From NCBI GenBank assembly GCA_013239625.1, contig MU053352.1:169485-233484 (forward strand): DNA of 64,000 nucleotides, given 5' to 3'. Shown here piece after piece: positions 14,073-25,524 of this stretch. This stretch comes from Lama guanicoe (lineage: Eukaryota). Each line of letters begins with the position of its first letter. The stretch's first letter is position 1. A program made the position numbers and the translations under genes. The notes under the pieces are model-generated. The model had not been told where the DNA came from, did not search any database, and saw nothing but the letters and a program-made list of their open reading frames with translations.

Positions 14073-14216
14073 GTTTTTCTTTTGAGTAAAAGTAGATTTA
14101 TTTAGAGAGATGTACACAGCGGATGCGGGGGGCAGTGGTTAAAGTAAAGGTAGATAGATACACACTCCATAGACAGAGTGTGGGCCAACTTGGAAGGCGA
14201 GAGAGAGAGAGCAACC
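14073..14216 (-). mobile_element. ERV-LTR R-region fragment with poly(A) and flanking direct repeats
   Basis: Minus strand GCTCTCTCTCTCTCGCCTTCC...AATAAATCTACTTTTACTC-AAAAGAAAAA. acccctgag at 14064-14072 and 14217-14225. Confidence 0.6.
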
Positions 14217-14544
14217 ACCCCTGAGTTCTGATCAGCCTCTGCAGCCAGCTCCCTTGACCATGCTGGGACTCCAGGGTCACCCCTGCAGAGGGCCTGCAGT
14301 GTGGTGCGATGGTTTCACGCAACAGCATTAAAGCCAGAGAATCCTGGGCTTAATTCCCAGAGCCTCCACCTCCCAAATGGTAAATGTGTGACTCAGTGAT
14401 TTCCTCTTTCTGAGCCTCCATGCCTCAACTATGAAACATGGATTTTTAAAAAATAAAATTCCTATCTCACCAAGTTACTGGAAAAATTTTTTAAGAACTT
14501 GCATTAAAAATCCTTAGCACAGTGCCTGACATAAGGTAATGTTC

Positions 14545-14740
14545 ATTTAATAATTATAGCTACAATTTATTGAGCACTTACTCTGTGCCTGTCTATATAG
14601 CATCATCTCATTTAACCTCACAACAACTCAAAGTGGTAGATACCATTATTACTATCCCCATTTTACAGATGAGGAAACTGAGGTACTGGCCCAAGATCAC
14701 ACAAGTAATAAGAGGGAAATTTGAGCCCATCTACTCTAAT
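14545..14740. mobile_element. MIR SINE (one representative of many MIRs in the window)
   Basis: MIR core cccattttacagatgaggaaactgagg...cccaagatcacaca. Confidence 0.8.
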
Positions 14741-15189
14741 TCTTACATTATCATTTTTAATGTGATTGTTATCAACAAAAATAATAACACAGAAGGGATT
14801 CCAGTGCCAACCATGGAGAGAATTGCTCTGCCTTCAGATTTACCTCAGAGCCTTTTAATGTTAATGTGCATCCCTTCCCCCTGCTTCATTTCTAGACTTT
14901 AGCTACCATTCATTTATTCATTCAGCAGACATTCACTGAGCAGTACTATGTGCCAGGCACTGTGCTTGGCCCTGAGGATGCAGCACTGAACAAAACAGTG
15001 AAGATCCTTGCCTTCAGGGAGCTAAGAACTGAAGAATGAGAGGAACCAGCTGTGCAGAAAACCAGAGGCCCTAAGGTGGGGATGAGCATGGCTGGCCCAA
15101 GCTAAGAAGTGACAGAAGGGTAGAGTGACTGGAGCAGTGAGCAGGAGATGGCCTCTGCCCCTCTCTGGGTTCCAGACCTATATAGTTCA

Positions 15190-15950
15190 CAAGCTGACAG
15201 CACGCACCTCCCTGGGGGTGCCCAGAGCCCCTGAATGCAATACGTCCAAAACAGAAGTCATTACTTTCTCCAGCCAAACCCCCACTCCTCTTCCCTGAGC
15301 AGCCACTGCACAACCAAACACCCAATGGCCCAAGGTAAAGACCTGTTCAGCATTTCTTGAGCGTGTCCTCTTTCTATCACCATGACTTTTGCCTTGGTGC
15401 AGACCTCATCATCACTCGTCTGAGCTGTTGGACTGGCCCCTAACTCCAGCACTGCCCTCATGTTCATCTCAGGATAAAGTCTAAACTCCTTGGCCTGACA
15501 GATAACATCCTTTAAAATGAGATCTGAAACCACATTTCCAGCCTTATCTCCTACTAGTCGTCCACATGTCTCAGAGCACCAGCCATAATCTAATTAGTCT
15601 TTCCTACCATTAGGAATAGCACAAGCTGTTCCCTCTGCTTAGAATTCCTCTTCTGTCTCTCTCTCTCCCTATAGAACTGCTATTCAGCCTTTAAGATACA
15701 GCTCAAGTCCATGCTACAGCCTTCCCCGACACCTCCAGGCAGAACCACCCAGCTTACTCTCCCCAGACCCAGAGCACGTGATATTTACAACACAGCTATA
15801 GCATTCATCAAATGTGTTCCTGATTATTTGGTTATCTATCTATTTCCCCACCAGACTGAGCTCAAAAGGGCAGGGACTCTGTCCTGTTGAGCGCAATGTC
15901 TAGTACACAACAGATGCTCAATGCGTATTTAGTGAAAGGATGAATGAAAA
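15190..15950 (+). mobile_element. LINE-2 3' fragment (one representative of many L2 pieces, e.g. 22010-22880, 56100-56935, 60100-61140)
   Basis: Typical L2 3' motifs ending cacaacagatgctcaatgcgtatttagtgaaggatgaatgaa. Confidence 0.7.
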
Positions 15951-16331
15951 AATAATGGAGCACAGAAAAAAATCAGTGAGTCCCTTAAGAATCAAATTTC
16001 CAACATTGGTCTCATGAGCACAAATCAAAAGTCTACAAGAGAGTTGAGAACTGACCAAAGCTAAACTTGTCTTGCCACCTGGGAATCATAGATTGTCAAG
16101 ACTAACCAAAGATCAGGGAGATACTAAAGCCTCAAGATGAGTGATCTGACCAAGGATCAGGTGTCAAGAGAGCAAAACTGGAAGCCGAGACCCTGCCTCC
16201 TAGTGCTGCAAAAGCCCTCCAAGCCAGCTTCCATCCAAAGTTCGAAAAACAAGAGAAGCAAAGTCATCTTGTACACAGAGCCTCCAAGAAGGTACCCCTA
16301 GCTCAAGGTGCCAAATTCACAGTCAAGCTCT

Positions 16332-16695
16332 GCTGTTGGGTGAATTGTGTCCCACCAGACTTGGTATGTGGAAGTCCTAACCTCCAGTAGCTCAAAATGT
16401 GACTTTTTACTTGGAGATAGGGTCTTTACAGAGGTAATCAATTTAAAATGAGGTCATTAGGGTGGGTCCTAATCCAATACGACTGGTGCCCTTATAAAAA
16501 GGGAGTGTTTGGACACAGAAACATGTATAGGGAGAACGCCATGCAAACATAAAGATGGCCATTTTATACAAAGGACTTGAGTACCCTTGGATTTTTGGTG
16601 TCCGTGCTTGGGGGGGTGGGTGGGTCCTGGAACCAGTACCTCACAGATAGGGAGGGACGACTATACTTTGTTATGGCAGACATAACAAACTAACA
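16332..16695. mobile_element. MLT1 LTR with internal deletion and a MER2/Tigger-like insert (~16570-16663)
   Basis: gaattgtgtccc...gagatagggtcttt...tcctaatccaatacgactggtgccctta; LTR end tttgttatggcag..aactaaca. Confidence 0.7.
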
Positions 16696-16709
16696 GGAGC
16701 TTTTTAAAG

Positions 16710-16875
16710 CAGGGGTTCTCAAAGTGCAGTTCCTGGGAAAAGTAGAATCAGCATCACTGCGATTTGTTAGACAGGCAAGACCGAGCCAGCAGAAACTCTG
16801 GGATTGGGACCTAGCAATCAGCCATTCAACAAACCCTCCAGGTGATTCTGATGGACACCAAACTTGAGAACCATG
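16710..16875. mobile_element. MER5A-like hAT MITE
   Basis: Terminal inverted ggttctcaa...ttgagaacc; internal aaccctccaggtgattctga. Confidence 0.75.
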
Positions 16876-16892
16876 CTAAGAGCTACTCTATC

Positions 16893-17329
16893 TATGATGA
16901 GTTGATTAGTGTCCCCCAAAATTCATGTCCACCTAGAACCTCAGAATGTGGCCTTATTTCGAAATAGGGTCTTTGCAGATGTAATTAGTTAAGATGAGGT
17001 TATACTGGATTAGCATGGGCCCTCAACCCAATGACTAGTGTCCTTATAAACAGAGAAGCAGAGACACAGACACACAGGGAGAACACCATGTGACAATGGA
17101 GGCAGAGATTGGAGTTATGTGTCTACAAGTCAAGGAATGCCAAGGATTACCAGGAGTCACCAGAAGCTAGGAGAGAAGCAAGGAAAGATTCCTCCCTAGA
17201 GCCTTCCATCCCTGCTAACACCTTGATTTCAGACTTCAAGCCTCCAGAACTGTAAGAGAATACGTTTCTGTTGTCTTAAGCCATCCAGTTTGTGGTAATT
17301 TGTTACAGCAACCCTCGAAGAATAATTCC
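16893..17329. mobile_element. MLT1-type MaLR solo LTR inserted into a MER3-like element
   Basis: Complete MLT1 motif set. ctatc is duplicated at 16888-16892 and 17330-17334. Confidence 0.85.
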
Positions 17330-17830
17330 CTATCCAAGAGTCACAAGCCACATGTGGCTATTTAAATTTAAATTAGTTAAAATGAAATAAAATCGAAAAC
17401 TCAGTTTCTCAGTTGCACTGGCCATGTTTCAAGTACTCAGTGGCCACAGGTGGATTGTGGCTACTTTTTGTGACAGCACAAATGTAGACCATTTCCGTCG
17501 GATCTGGAAGTTCTGTTGGATGCCACTGCCTTAGCAGCTCATGGCTAAATCCAGCAATCCAGCTCACCACTTGTTTTTCTATGGCCCACAAGCTTAGAAT
17601 GGTTTCTACATCTTTAAATGATTGAAAAATTAAATGAAGAATACTATTTTGTGACATGTGAAGATTATATGAAATTCAAATTTTGGTGTCTATAAATAGT
17701 TATTGGAACACAGCCACACCCATTCATTTACATACTTTGTGCTGCAATAGCTGAGCTGAGTAGTTGTGACAGAAACCATATGGCCCATAGAACAAAATAT
17801 CTACTATCTGGACTTTAACAGGAAAAAATT
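17330..17830. mobile_element. MER3-like followed by MER58-like hAT-Charlie MITEs
   Basis: agccacatgtggctatttaaattt...; cccacaagcttagaatggtttctacat...tattggaacacagccacaccca. Confidence 0.7.
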
Positions 17831-20724
17831 TGCTCTGCTTTTTTCTAGGGCAAATTTACCCAGCTCTAGAGGGTAATGAAGAATGACAGGAGAGAATATG
17901 AGAACAAACTGGCATGCCAGTTGAGCACAGAGGCCCTGCTTTGAGATGTCCATAGGCATATACTTCCCAGACCAGAGTGAAATCAAGGAGATTACATATT
18001 ATCTTTTACTTACATGCATATAGTGTACATACAAACAATATCCACATATATACTCATACATGTACATTATCCACACCCACATACACACAGAATAAGCTTA
18101 GAGAAGGGCCGTCTAAGGGGGAAAAGGAGAATGGGACTGTGGAGTTCATTTCTGCTGATATTTTGCCCTCAGTATTTCCTGTACAGTATTCTGTAATAAA
18201 GAGATACTGTTCTTTTAATAAGAAAAAAAATTCTGCCTGAGTCTAAAACCAAGTTCCTAACCTCTAAACCAGACTGTAAAGGCTGGGCCTCCCAGGCTCT
18301 CCTTATCTTTTTGTAGCTCTGAATACATTCATGCTTTCTTTCCCCATCAGTACTAACTCTCAGGAAAGGCTCTGCTCGCCCCATTTATACCAAGCTACTG
18401 TCAACTGATTCAGATTACTTCGTATGTTCTCCTTCCCAGGACAGAGCAGAGTTTCAAAAGAGATCAAAGCCTAGAGCCTCAGGCATGATGATCTACCAGT
18501 GTAATGTTAGCCATCAGTTAGTCAGGTAGGAACACAGAGGGCCTCTGGTCACCCCTGAAATCCCTGGACACAGGGAACTGCCTACCCTCGTTACGTGCAG
18601 GAGCCTAGCCAGCATGCAACCTAGGCCCCTGCACCCAGAAACAATCAACAAATACATACAGCTACACCTACAAGGCAGGATCCAAACTTGCCAGCTTACC
18701 CAACACTAGGCAGAAAGCCTCCAAAATCAAGCCCATTTTTAAGACTCAGCTGATGATGATCTAGACTCAGGAGACCTGAGTTCAAATTCCTGCTCTGCCA
18801 CTAACTCCCCAGAAAACATCAGTCCCTCTATTTGTCCTCTTCTGGCCTCCGTTTTGCCTCTGGTAAGGGGTCATGCTTGGACGGGGTGACTTCAGCTTTC
18901 CCCTCAGCTCTGCTCTGGGCCCCTCTGGATCCTCTAGTTGTGTGTATGTATGCCTGGGACAGGGTCCAAGGAATTTCTCAAGGGTCAAACGATTAACCAT
19001 TGGGCTGGGTCAGTTCCAGAAAGCACTCAAAAATTAACCTGGTTACTCCTGATTTCCCTTTTAACCTTTACCATTCGTACTCTGGTGGGACATTATTCCT
19101 CTCCTGCCTACAAGGTCCAGGTGCCGTTCCCCCCACCCTCTACCCAGGGGGCTCTAGTCCCCCCCCCATCAAATTCCCTCTCCCCCTAACTAAATTCTAC
19201 CAATCCTCACTCCCCTCATCAAACCTTTTCTGAGTCCCAAAGGCCCTATGACCACAGCCCTCTGATCACCTCAATATACTACACTATATGCTAGTGGGAA
19301 GCACTTAGCACAGACTGCCTAGGGTTGTAGTAGTGACTGCTCCTATGGCTACTTCTTTGTACTTGGTTACTCCTCTTGGAAGTAGAAACTGTGCTGTGTT
19401 CAACGTTTTATCCTATGCACTGGTTCGTTGTTGTGGATGCTAGAACATTTGAAATGCCTTCCACCAAGCTGAGAAATAAGGCCTGACCTCGAGGAAATGT
19501 TTCCAACTCTCCAAAGTACTTGGAAGCTCTCTTAGCTCCTTGGATCCTCACAGGAACCCTGAAAACAGGCCAACCAATTAACTGGCACATGAAGCACTTA
19601 ACATGGAGGTGAAACAATCTCCTTAAGGTCATGAAGCAACTTAGCGGTAGAGCCCAAACCACACACCAGAGTTTTCACCTCCCAATCCTGGGCTTTGGGG
19701 TGCGTGGCATACAGTGAAACCATAGCCTCACCAACTTTTTAAGAAACAGTAGCCTGTTGCAGCCTCCACACCAACACACTTTATAAATACCTTCACACTG
19801 GCTCCAGCCTGCTCAGGGCTTCACCCCTCTAGAATCTCGGGCCATTTTTCTCCCCTTTTCCATCATCATTCTCTAAGGAAACAACAGTCCAGTGCAGTGC
19901 AGACCAATACATTTTTGTAGAGATTTATAAGGGGCCAGGAGACACTGAACTTGGTCGTACTTGCTCCAGCCTGTTCCCCTCACCCCCTCCACCTCTCCCC
20001 CTGCACCAGCTTGCTTAGCAGGGAGAAAAGAGGAGGAAAAGCTATTTTTTTTTTTTTAGTAAAAGCTAAGTTCCTGATTGCATAATTGAGGGCACATCTT
20101 CTGTTGATGCTGAAAGATGATGCTGTGTTCTCTCTCCGAGGCCCAAGGATCAGATCTAAAGAGCCCTGACTTGAGCCTCAAGCAATAGCAGCATCCTCTG
20201 CCCACTGCTCTGCCAGGGCAGAAGCCTGAAGTGCTGGCCCCCCCCATCATTCCAGCCACCCCACCCACCCTATCCACAGGGAGGTGAAGCAACATTTCTC
20301 GATAACAGGGCATCAGAGTCCAGGCCACTGGAAGCCACCTGAGCTTCACATGGTTTTATGGTTTCACAGTTAATGTTTGGCCCTGGGATACTTCTACTCT
20401 AGCAGGTAAGCCAGAAAAGGCAGGAGAGAGAAGAGGGCAGAGCAGATAAGGTGACAGGTCACCTGCAGGAGGCACCCACCCTGGCAGTCATGTCTGATAT
20501 CACAATACCTGCAGTGTTCCAAGTCCTACCAGAGGGAGCCACCCAAACAGGAGAGAGCAAGGGCTTCAGGGAAAAGGGGTGAAACGAGAGCCCTAAAACT
20601 GTCATGGGCCCTAGATGTTGTGCCTCCTATGCCTGATGGGTAAGTCAGTCTTGGCTATTACTGTCACCATTTTGCAGATGAGAAAACCAAGGCTTAAATT
20701 ACAGAGCTAAAAGTGGTAGGAATA

Positions 20725-21935
20725 GATGTACGATCAGGTGATTTTTGACAAGGGTGCCAAGATACTCAATGGGATGTCACTGAATTGAACATTCAATGTT
20801 CAATGGGGAAAGGATACTGTCTTCGATAAATGGTGCTGGGACAACTGGATAGCCACATACAAAAGAATGAAGTCAGACCCCTACTTCACACAACATACAA
20901 ATATTAACTCAAAACAGATAAAAAGCCTAACTGTAAGAGTTAAAACTATAAAACTCTTACAAGAAAACATAGATATAAATCTTAATATTTTGGTTTCTTA
21001 GATATGACAGCTAAAACATAAGCAACCAAAGAAAAAATACATTGGATTTCATCAAAAAGTGAAAATTTGTGCTTCAAAGGACACAATAAAGTAAAAAAGC
21101 CTACAGAATGGAAGAAAATATTTGCAAATCACGTATCTGATAAAAACATTTTTTTAACTTCCACAATTAAAAACTCAATTTAAAAATGGGCAAAAAACTT
21201 ACAGAAATTTCTCCAATGATATATGAATGGCCAACAAACATGAAATGAGGCTCAATATCATTAGTCATTAGGGAAATGTAGACTAAAAACACAATGAGAT
21301 ACCACTTCACACTAACTAGGATGGCTTTTTTATAATGGAAGTAACAGGTGTTGACGAGGATATGGAGAAATTAGAACTGTCATGCATTACTGGTGGGAAT
21401 GTAAAATGGTGCAACCTCTTTGGAAAACAACTTGGTAGTTCCTCAAAAAGTTAAACATAGAGTATGATCCAGAGAATCTTCTCTTAAATATATGCCCAAA
21501 AGCAATTAAAATACATAGTCATACAAATACTTGTACGCAAATGTTCAGAGCAGCATTATTCATAATAGTCAAAGAGTGGAAACAACCCAAATGCCCATCA
21601 ACAGATGAATGAATAAACAAAATGTAGCCTATTCACTCAATAGAATGTTATTCAACCAAAAACAGGAATGAATTATTGATACATACTACAACATGGATAT
21701 AACTTGGAAACATTATGCTGAGTGAAAGAAGACAGATATAAAAGGCCACATATTGTATGACTCCACGTATATAAAATGTCCAGAATAGACAAATTCACAG
21801 AGACAGAAAGCAGATTAGTGATTGTCTGGGTCTGGGGGTAGGGGAGGGTGGGGAATGACTGCTAACAGATACTGGGTTCCTTTTTGGAGTGTTAAAAAAT
21901 GTTCTAGACTTAGTGTGATGTCAGCCCAACCTTGT
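20725..21935 (+). mobile_element. Old LINE-1 (L1MB-like) ORF2 end and 3' UTR
   Basis: Degenerate ORF2 motifs (gatttttgacaagggtgccaag; acaatgagataccacttcacac; gaaacaacccaaatgcccatcaacagatgaatg). Confidence 0.88.
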
Positions 21936-23949
21936 TAATAGTGAACCTAGTGCCTTGAACAGTGCTGTCCCTGTTGGCCTAACCAGCACAGTCCCGTGCC
22001 CCAAGCCAAATGTTATCTCTAGATCAATCCTCTCCTCTGAGCTCCAGGTTCAGAGAGCTAACAGCTTGCTGGGCATCTGCACTTGCCTATCTAACAGAAA
22101 TCTCTGTAAGTTCTCCAAAACTGAATTCCCATTTTCCACCCCTAAACCTATCTCTACTGCCCACTCCAACTCAATATTACCATCCATTTGGAATTAGAAT
22201 CCAAAGAGGAATCCTTCTTCTTCACCCCCTGCCCCACATCGAAATAGTCATCAAGTCCCTCCTATCAGTTCAGCCCCTAGATATATCTGATCACTTGCCT
22301 CCATCTCCACATCCAGGCCAACATCATCCTGCCTGGACTAGTGCAGTAGCCTCCCGACTGCTTCCACTCCCACGGTCCCACCCCTTCACTCCACACCCAA
22401 ACAGAGGAGCCGGAGGGATCAGACCTCTCACATTCCTCCAATGTCCGTGTCTCTCCATCAGCTTCCCAACGTCTTCTTACAAAATCCAAACCAGTCTCCT
22501 AGCTTTGCCATTCCCTTCGTTACCCGGTCCCTGAACCTCAGTGCCCATCACTCTCCCACCATACACCACAAACCTTCTAAACTCATTCCCACTTCACTCT
22601 GTCTTCCAGATGTTCTTCCAGATCTTTGCATGTCTGGCTCCTTCTCTTCATTCGGGTCTCTGAGCGGCCTTCCCTTACCCCCTCGCCTCCCATAGTCCCC
22701 TTATCTTTAGTCAGTTCCTATCCCATAAGCTTGTTTTTATTTCTTTTATCGCATTCATCACTCCCTAGTTGTTCGTCTTCAGTCTCCTTCCACTAGAACA
22801 AAAACTCCATGAGAGAAAGAACTTCCCGTCTATTATTTATCTCCACTCTTCTAGCAACTAGAGCAGTACCGGGCACATCCTAACACAGGAAGGAGTGGGG
22901 GGGTGAAGCTCCTCCCTCAGTCTGAGAGGCTCTCGCCACGCCATGGTTGCTTCCTCCTCCTTCAGATCTTAGACTGAGTGTCACCTGCCCAGGGGGCCTT
23001 CCCACGCTGCCCTGCTTCACTTTCTCCCTCAGCGTTTTCGCTGCTCCCCTCACCGCACGATGTTGGCCGCAGTCAACTTGTTTACTCTCTTTTGAGTCCC
23101 CTTGACGGCTCTGACCACAGCCGACACTCCGCCCTCGGTGACAGGGGCAGCCGCTATGCTGTTGTCCCCTGTCGCTGCCAGCCGCGCACACTTGGCACGT
23201 GGTGGGCGTCCGACTGACGGCGGCCGAAGGAGGGGCCACCTCCCCGCCCCCACCCCAGTCTCCTCCCGCCACCCCCCGCACCCCCTTCGCCGCCGGGACC
23301 AGCCCCTCCCCCGCCAGCAGCCTGTAGGCCCAGCCGTGGCGGGAGCGCGTCCGGGCCTCGACGGACGGGGAGAGACGCGGCAGACGGAGGGGAGGCCGTC
23401 GTCCCCTGGGTCCCGGAAGCCACCCGCCTCCTCCCCGGGTTCTGGAGCCCGCGGGCCACGCCCAGGGCGTTTCCCCCGGAGGCCCCGCTCCGCCCTTCGC
23501 CCCGCCGCGTCCCGGGCCGACTTTCCCGCCCCTCAGGCTCCGCCTCGGGGTGCGGAGCCCGCAGAGGAGCGGGGCTCAGCCAGTCACTCCTCGGGCCCTG
23601 GGGCCCAGGCCGCGCCCGCCCCGCCCTCCTCCCGGCCCGCGTCGTCCCAGGGAGCCCGAAGCCGAGCCCTGATCCTTTCGCGCCAGCCGCCCCCGCCCGC
23701 TTTCACCCCCAACCCCCGCGCCGACGGAATGGGAGCGCGGCGGCGGCGGCGTCCCGGCCCGAGAGGAGAGGCCCCGGGAGGACCCGGCCCGCCCGGCCGT
23801 CTACCGCAGCGCGTGGCTCCCGCAGGCCCGACCGCCCCAAGAAAGCCCGGCCGCGCGCCCCGCCGCCGCCCCGCACGGCCCCCGCCTCCCAGCACACGGC
23901 CACACGGCCGAGGAGGCCCGACGGGGAAACTGCGGGACCAACGGGCCCG

Positions 23950-24125
23950 TGACTTGACGGGCTGACTGGACCGACTCCCTGGACGCCAAGACTGGCTGAC
24001 AGGATGACCGACAGGATGACAGGCTGACTGGGTCACTGACTGACAGGTGGACTGACGGGATTGACAGGCTGACTGGGTGGCTGGCTGACCGTACTGACTG
24101 GACGGCTGACTAGACTGCCTGGCAG
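23950..24125. repeat. Degenerate (TGAC/TGGC)n tetranucleotide-derived repeat inside the CpG island
   Basis: Runs such as gctgactggaccgac, ctgactgacagg and gactgggtggctggctgacc. Confidence 0.8.
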
Positions 24126-24284
24126 GTTGGCCACTGCGGGTGTTGCCGTGGCCTCTCAGCCTCGGTCTCCGCCTCCCACTCCACACGAACCCACCCACCA
24201 CCAGCAGGTTCTTGAACCAAAAGGCGCGGATTGGGCGGCGGCGGCTTCTTCCAGCTGCGGAGTTGCTGCCCTTGCGCGTCCCGC

Positions 24285-24302
24285 GGCGCCACCTGGTGGC
24301 CG
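24285..24302 (-). promoter_or_regulatory. CTCF motif
   Basis: Minus strand reads GGCCACCAGGTGGCGCC, matching the core CCASYAGRKGGCRS. Confidence 0.7.
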
Positions 24303-24318
24303 CGCTGAGAACAGAAGA

Positions 24319-24384
24319 NNNNNNNNNNNNNNNNNNNNNNNNNNNNNNNNNNNNNNNNNNNNNNNNNNNNNNNNNNNNNNNNNN
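24319..24384. other. Assembly gap (66 N)
   Basis: Run of N. Confidence 1.
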
Positions 24385-24915
24385 GAGGGCGGGCCCGGGG
24401 GGGTGGGGCCTTGACGGAGTGGGCGGGACTGATGGCCGATGAGGGCGGGACCTATGGTGTGGTGGGCGGGGTCTGTGGTGGGCGGGGCTAGAGGCGGGGC
24501 TGCGAGCGTAGAGTCAGGACCCGCCGCTCTCCTGGGTCCTGTTCGGACTTCGCCCCTCTTCCCGCCTCCTTTGCTCGTCCCCCGGGCCTCCTCCTCCCCA
24601 GGCGGAGTGGGCGGGTCCCCTTGGGAGCCTGAGCGGCCCTGCAAACCTGTCAGGTGACCTAACGGGGGAGAGTTCCCGGATTCCTTCACACCCTGGCAGA
24701 CTGGGCCTCCCGGCTGCGGCGGGAGACGACGGGACCTTTCGGGAGGCCAGGCTCAGCAGAAGTAGATATCTCAACACCCCCGGGGCCCCAGAAACCCTGG
24801 GAGACTCTGCAGGGACCTGGGCGACCTGAGCTAGCAGGTGGATCAAGAGTCTGCGGAATTTTCATTGTTTCTGTTAGTGGGACCAGAACCGCCCCTCACC
24901 GCCCTCCCCCCACCC

Positions 24916-25209
24916 NNNNNNNNNNNNNNNNNNNNNNNNNNNNNNNNNNNNNNNNNNNNNNNNNNNNNNNNNNNNNNNNNNNNNNNNNNNNNNNNNNNNN
25001 NNNNNNNNNNNNNNNNNNNNNNNNNNNNNNNNNNNNNNNNNNNNNNNNNNNNNNNNNNNNNNNNNNNNNNNNNNNNNNNNNNNNNNNNNNNNNNNNNNNN
25101 NNNNNNNNNNNNNNNNNNNNNNNNNNNNNNNNNNNNNNNNNNNNNNNNNNNNNNNNNNNNNNNNNNNNNNNNNNNNNNNNNNNNNNNNNNNNNNNNNNNN
25201 NNNNNNNNN
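24916..25209. other. Assembly gap (294 N)
   Basis: Run of N. Confidence 1.
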
Positions 25210-25319
25210 CCACCCCCCCGCCCTTGCTTGTCCCCCATCCCTCTGGACCTCAGCAGCTCACCTGCAAACTCACCTGCCTTCCGGAGGGCCTGTCTGGAGC
25301 GTGGTGGACATCGGCGCTC

Positions 25320-25335
25320 CCTCTAGGTGGCAGCA
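25320..25335 (+). promoter_or_regulatory. CTCF-like motif
   Basis: CCTCTAGGTGGCAGCA. Confidence 0.5.
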
Positions 25336-25444
25336 AAGGCCCGAGAAATTGGTTCCAGAACGGTCCCTCCCTTCCGCGGTAATCCCAGAAAGGCCATAAA
25401 GGATGGAGCCACTTCACGGGAGAGATGAAGTCCAGAGCGGCAGG

Positions 25445-25524
25445 GAGAGCTCAGTGGTACAGCGCATGCTTAGCATGCACGAGTCCTGGGTTCAATCCCT
25501 AGTACCTCCATTAAAAAAAAAAAA
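25445..25524 (+). mobile_element. tRNA-derived SINE (Vic-1-like, short form)
   Basis: agctcagtggtacagcgcatgcttagcatgcacgagtcctgggttcaatccc followed by poly(A). Flanking agagYggcagg repeats. Confidence 0.85.

Larger units (their letters stand above)
22950..24900. promoter_or_regulatory. Orphan CpG island with GC-box array; probable promoter of a minus-strand non-coding transcript
   Basis: Dense CpG. GGGCGG at 24387, 24421, 24443, 24464 and 24480. GC skew flips near the 24319-24384 gap. No credible ATG-initiated CDS. Confidence 0.75.

Noticed and set aside
20045..20349. T-run next to a 97-aa minus-strand ORF, suggesting a retrogene
   Set aside because: No TSD, no AATAAA at a suitable distance, GTG start and no recognisable protein.
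23102..24201. Long ORFs of 287 aa (+) and 205 aa (-) in the orphan CpG island
   Set aside because: Non-ATG starts and low-complexity Pro/Arg/Gly/Ala composition, as expected from stop-poor GC-rich DNA. No recognisable domain.
24838..25326. ORFs spanning poly-X
   Set aside because: Artefacts of the N gap.
25445..25510. tRNA-Ala-like sequences here and at 7325, 56400 and 62630
   Set aside because: They have A-tails, flanking duplications and imperfect cloverleafs, so they are SINEs rather than tRNA genes.
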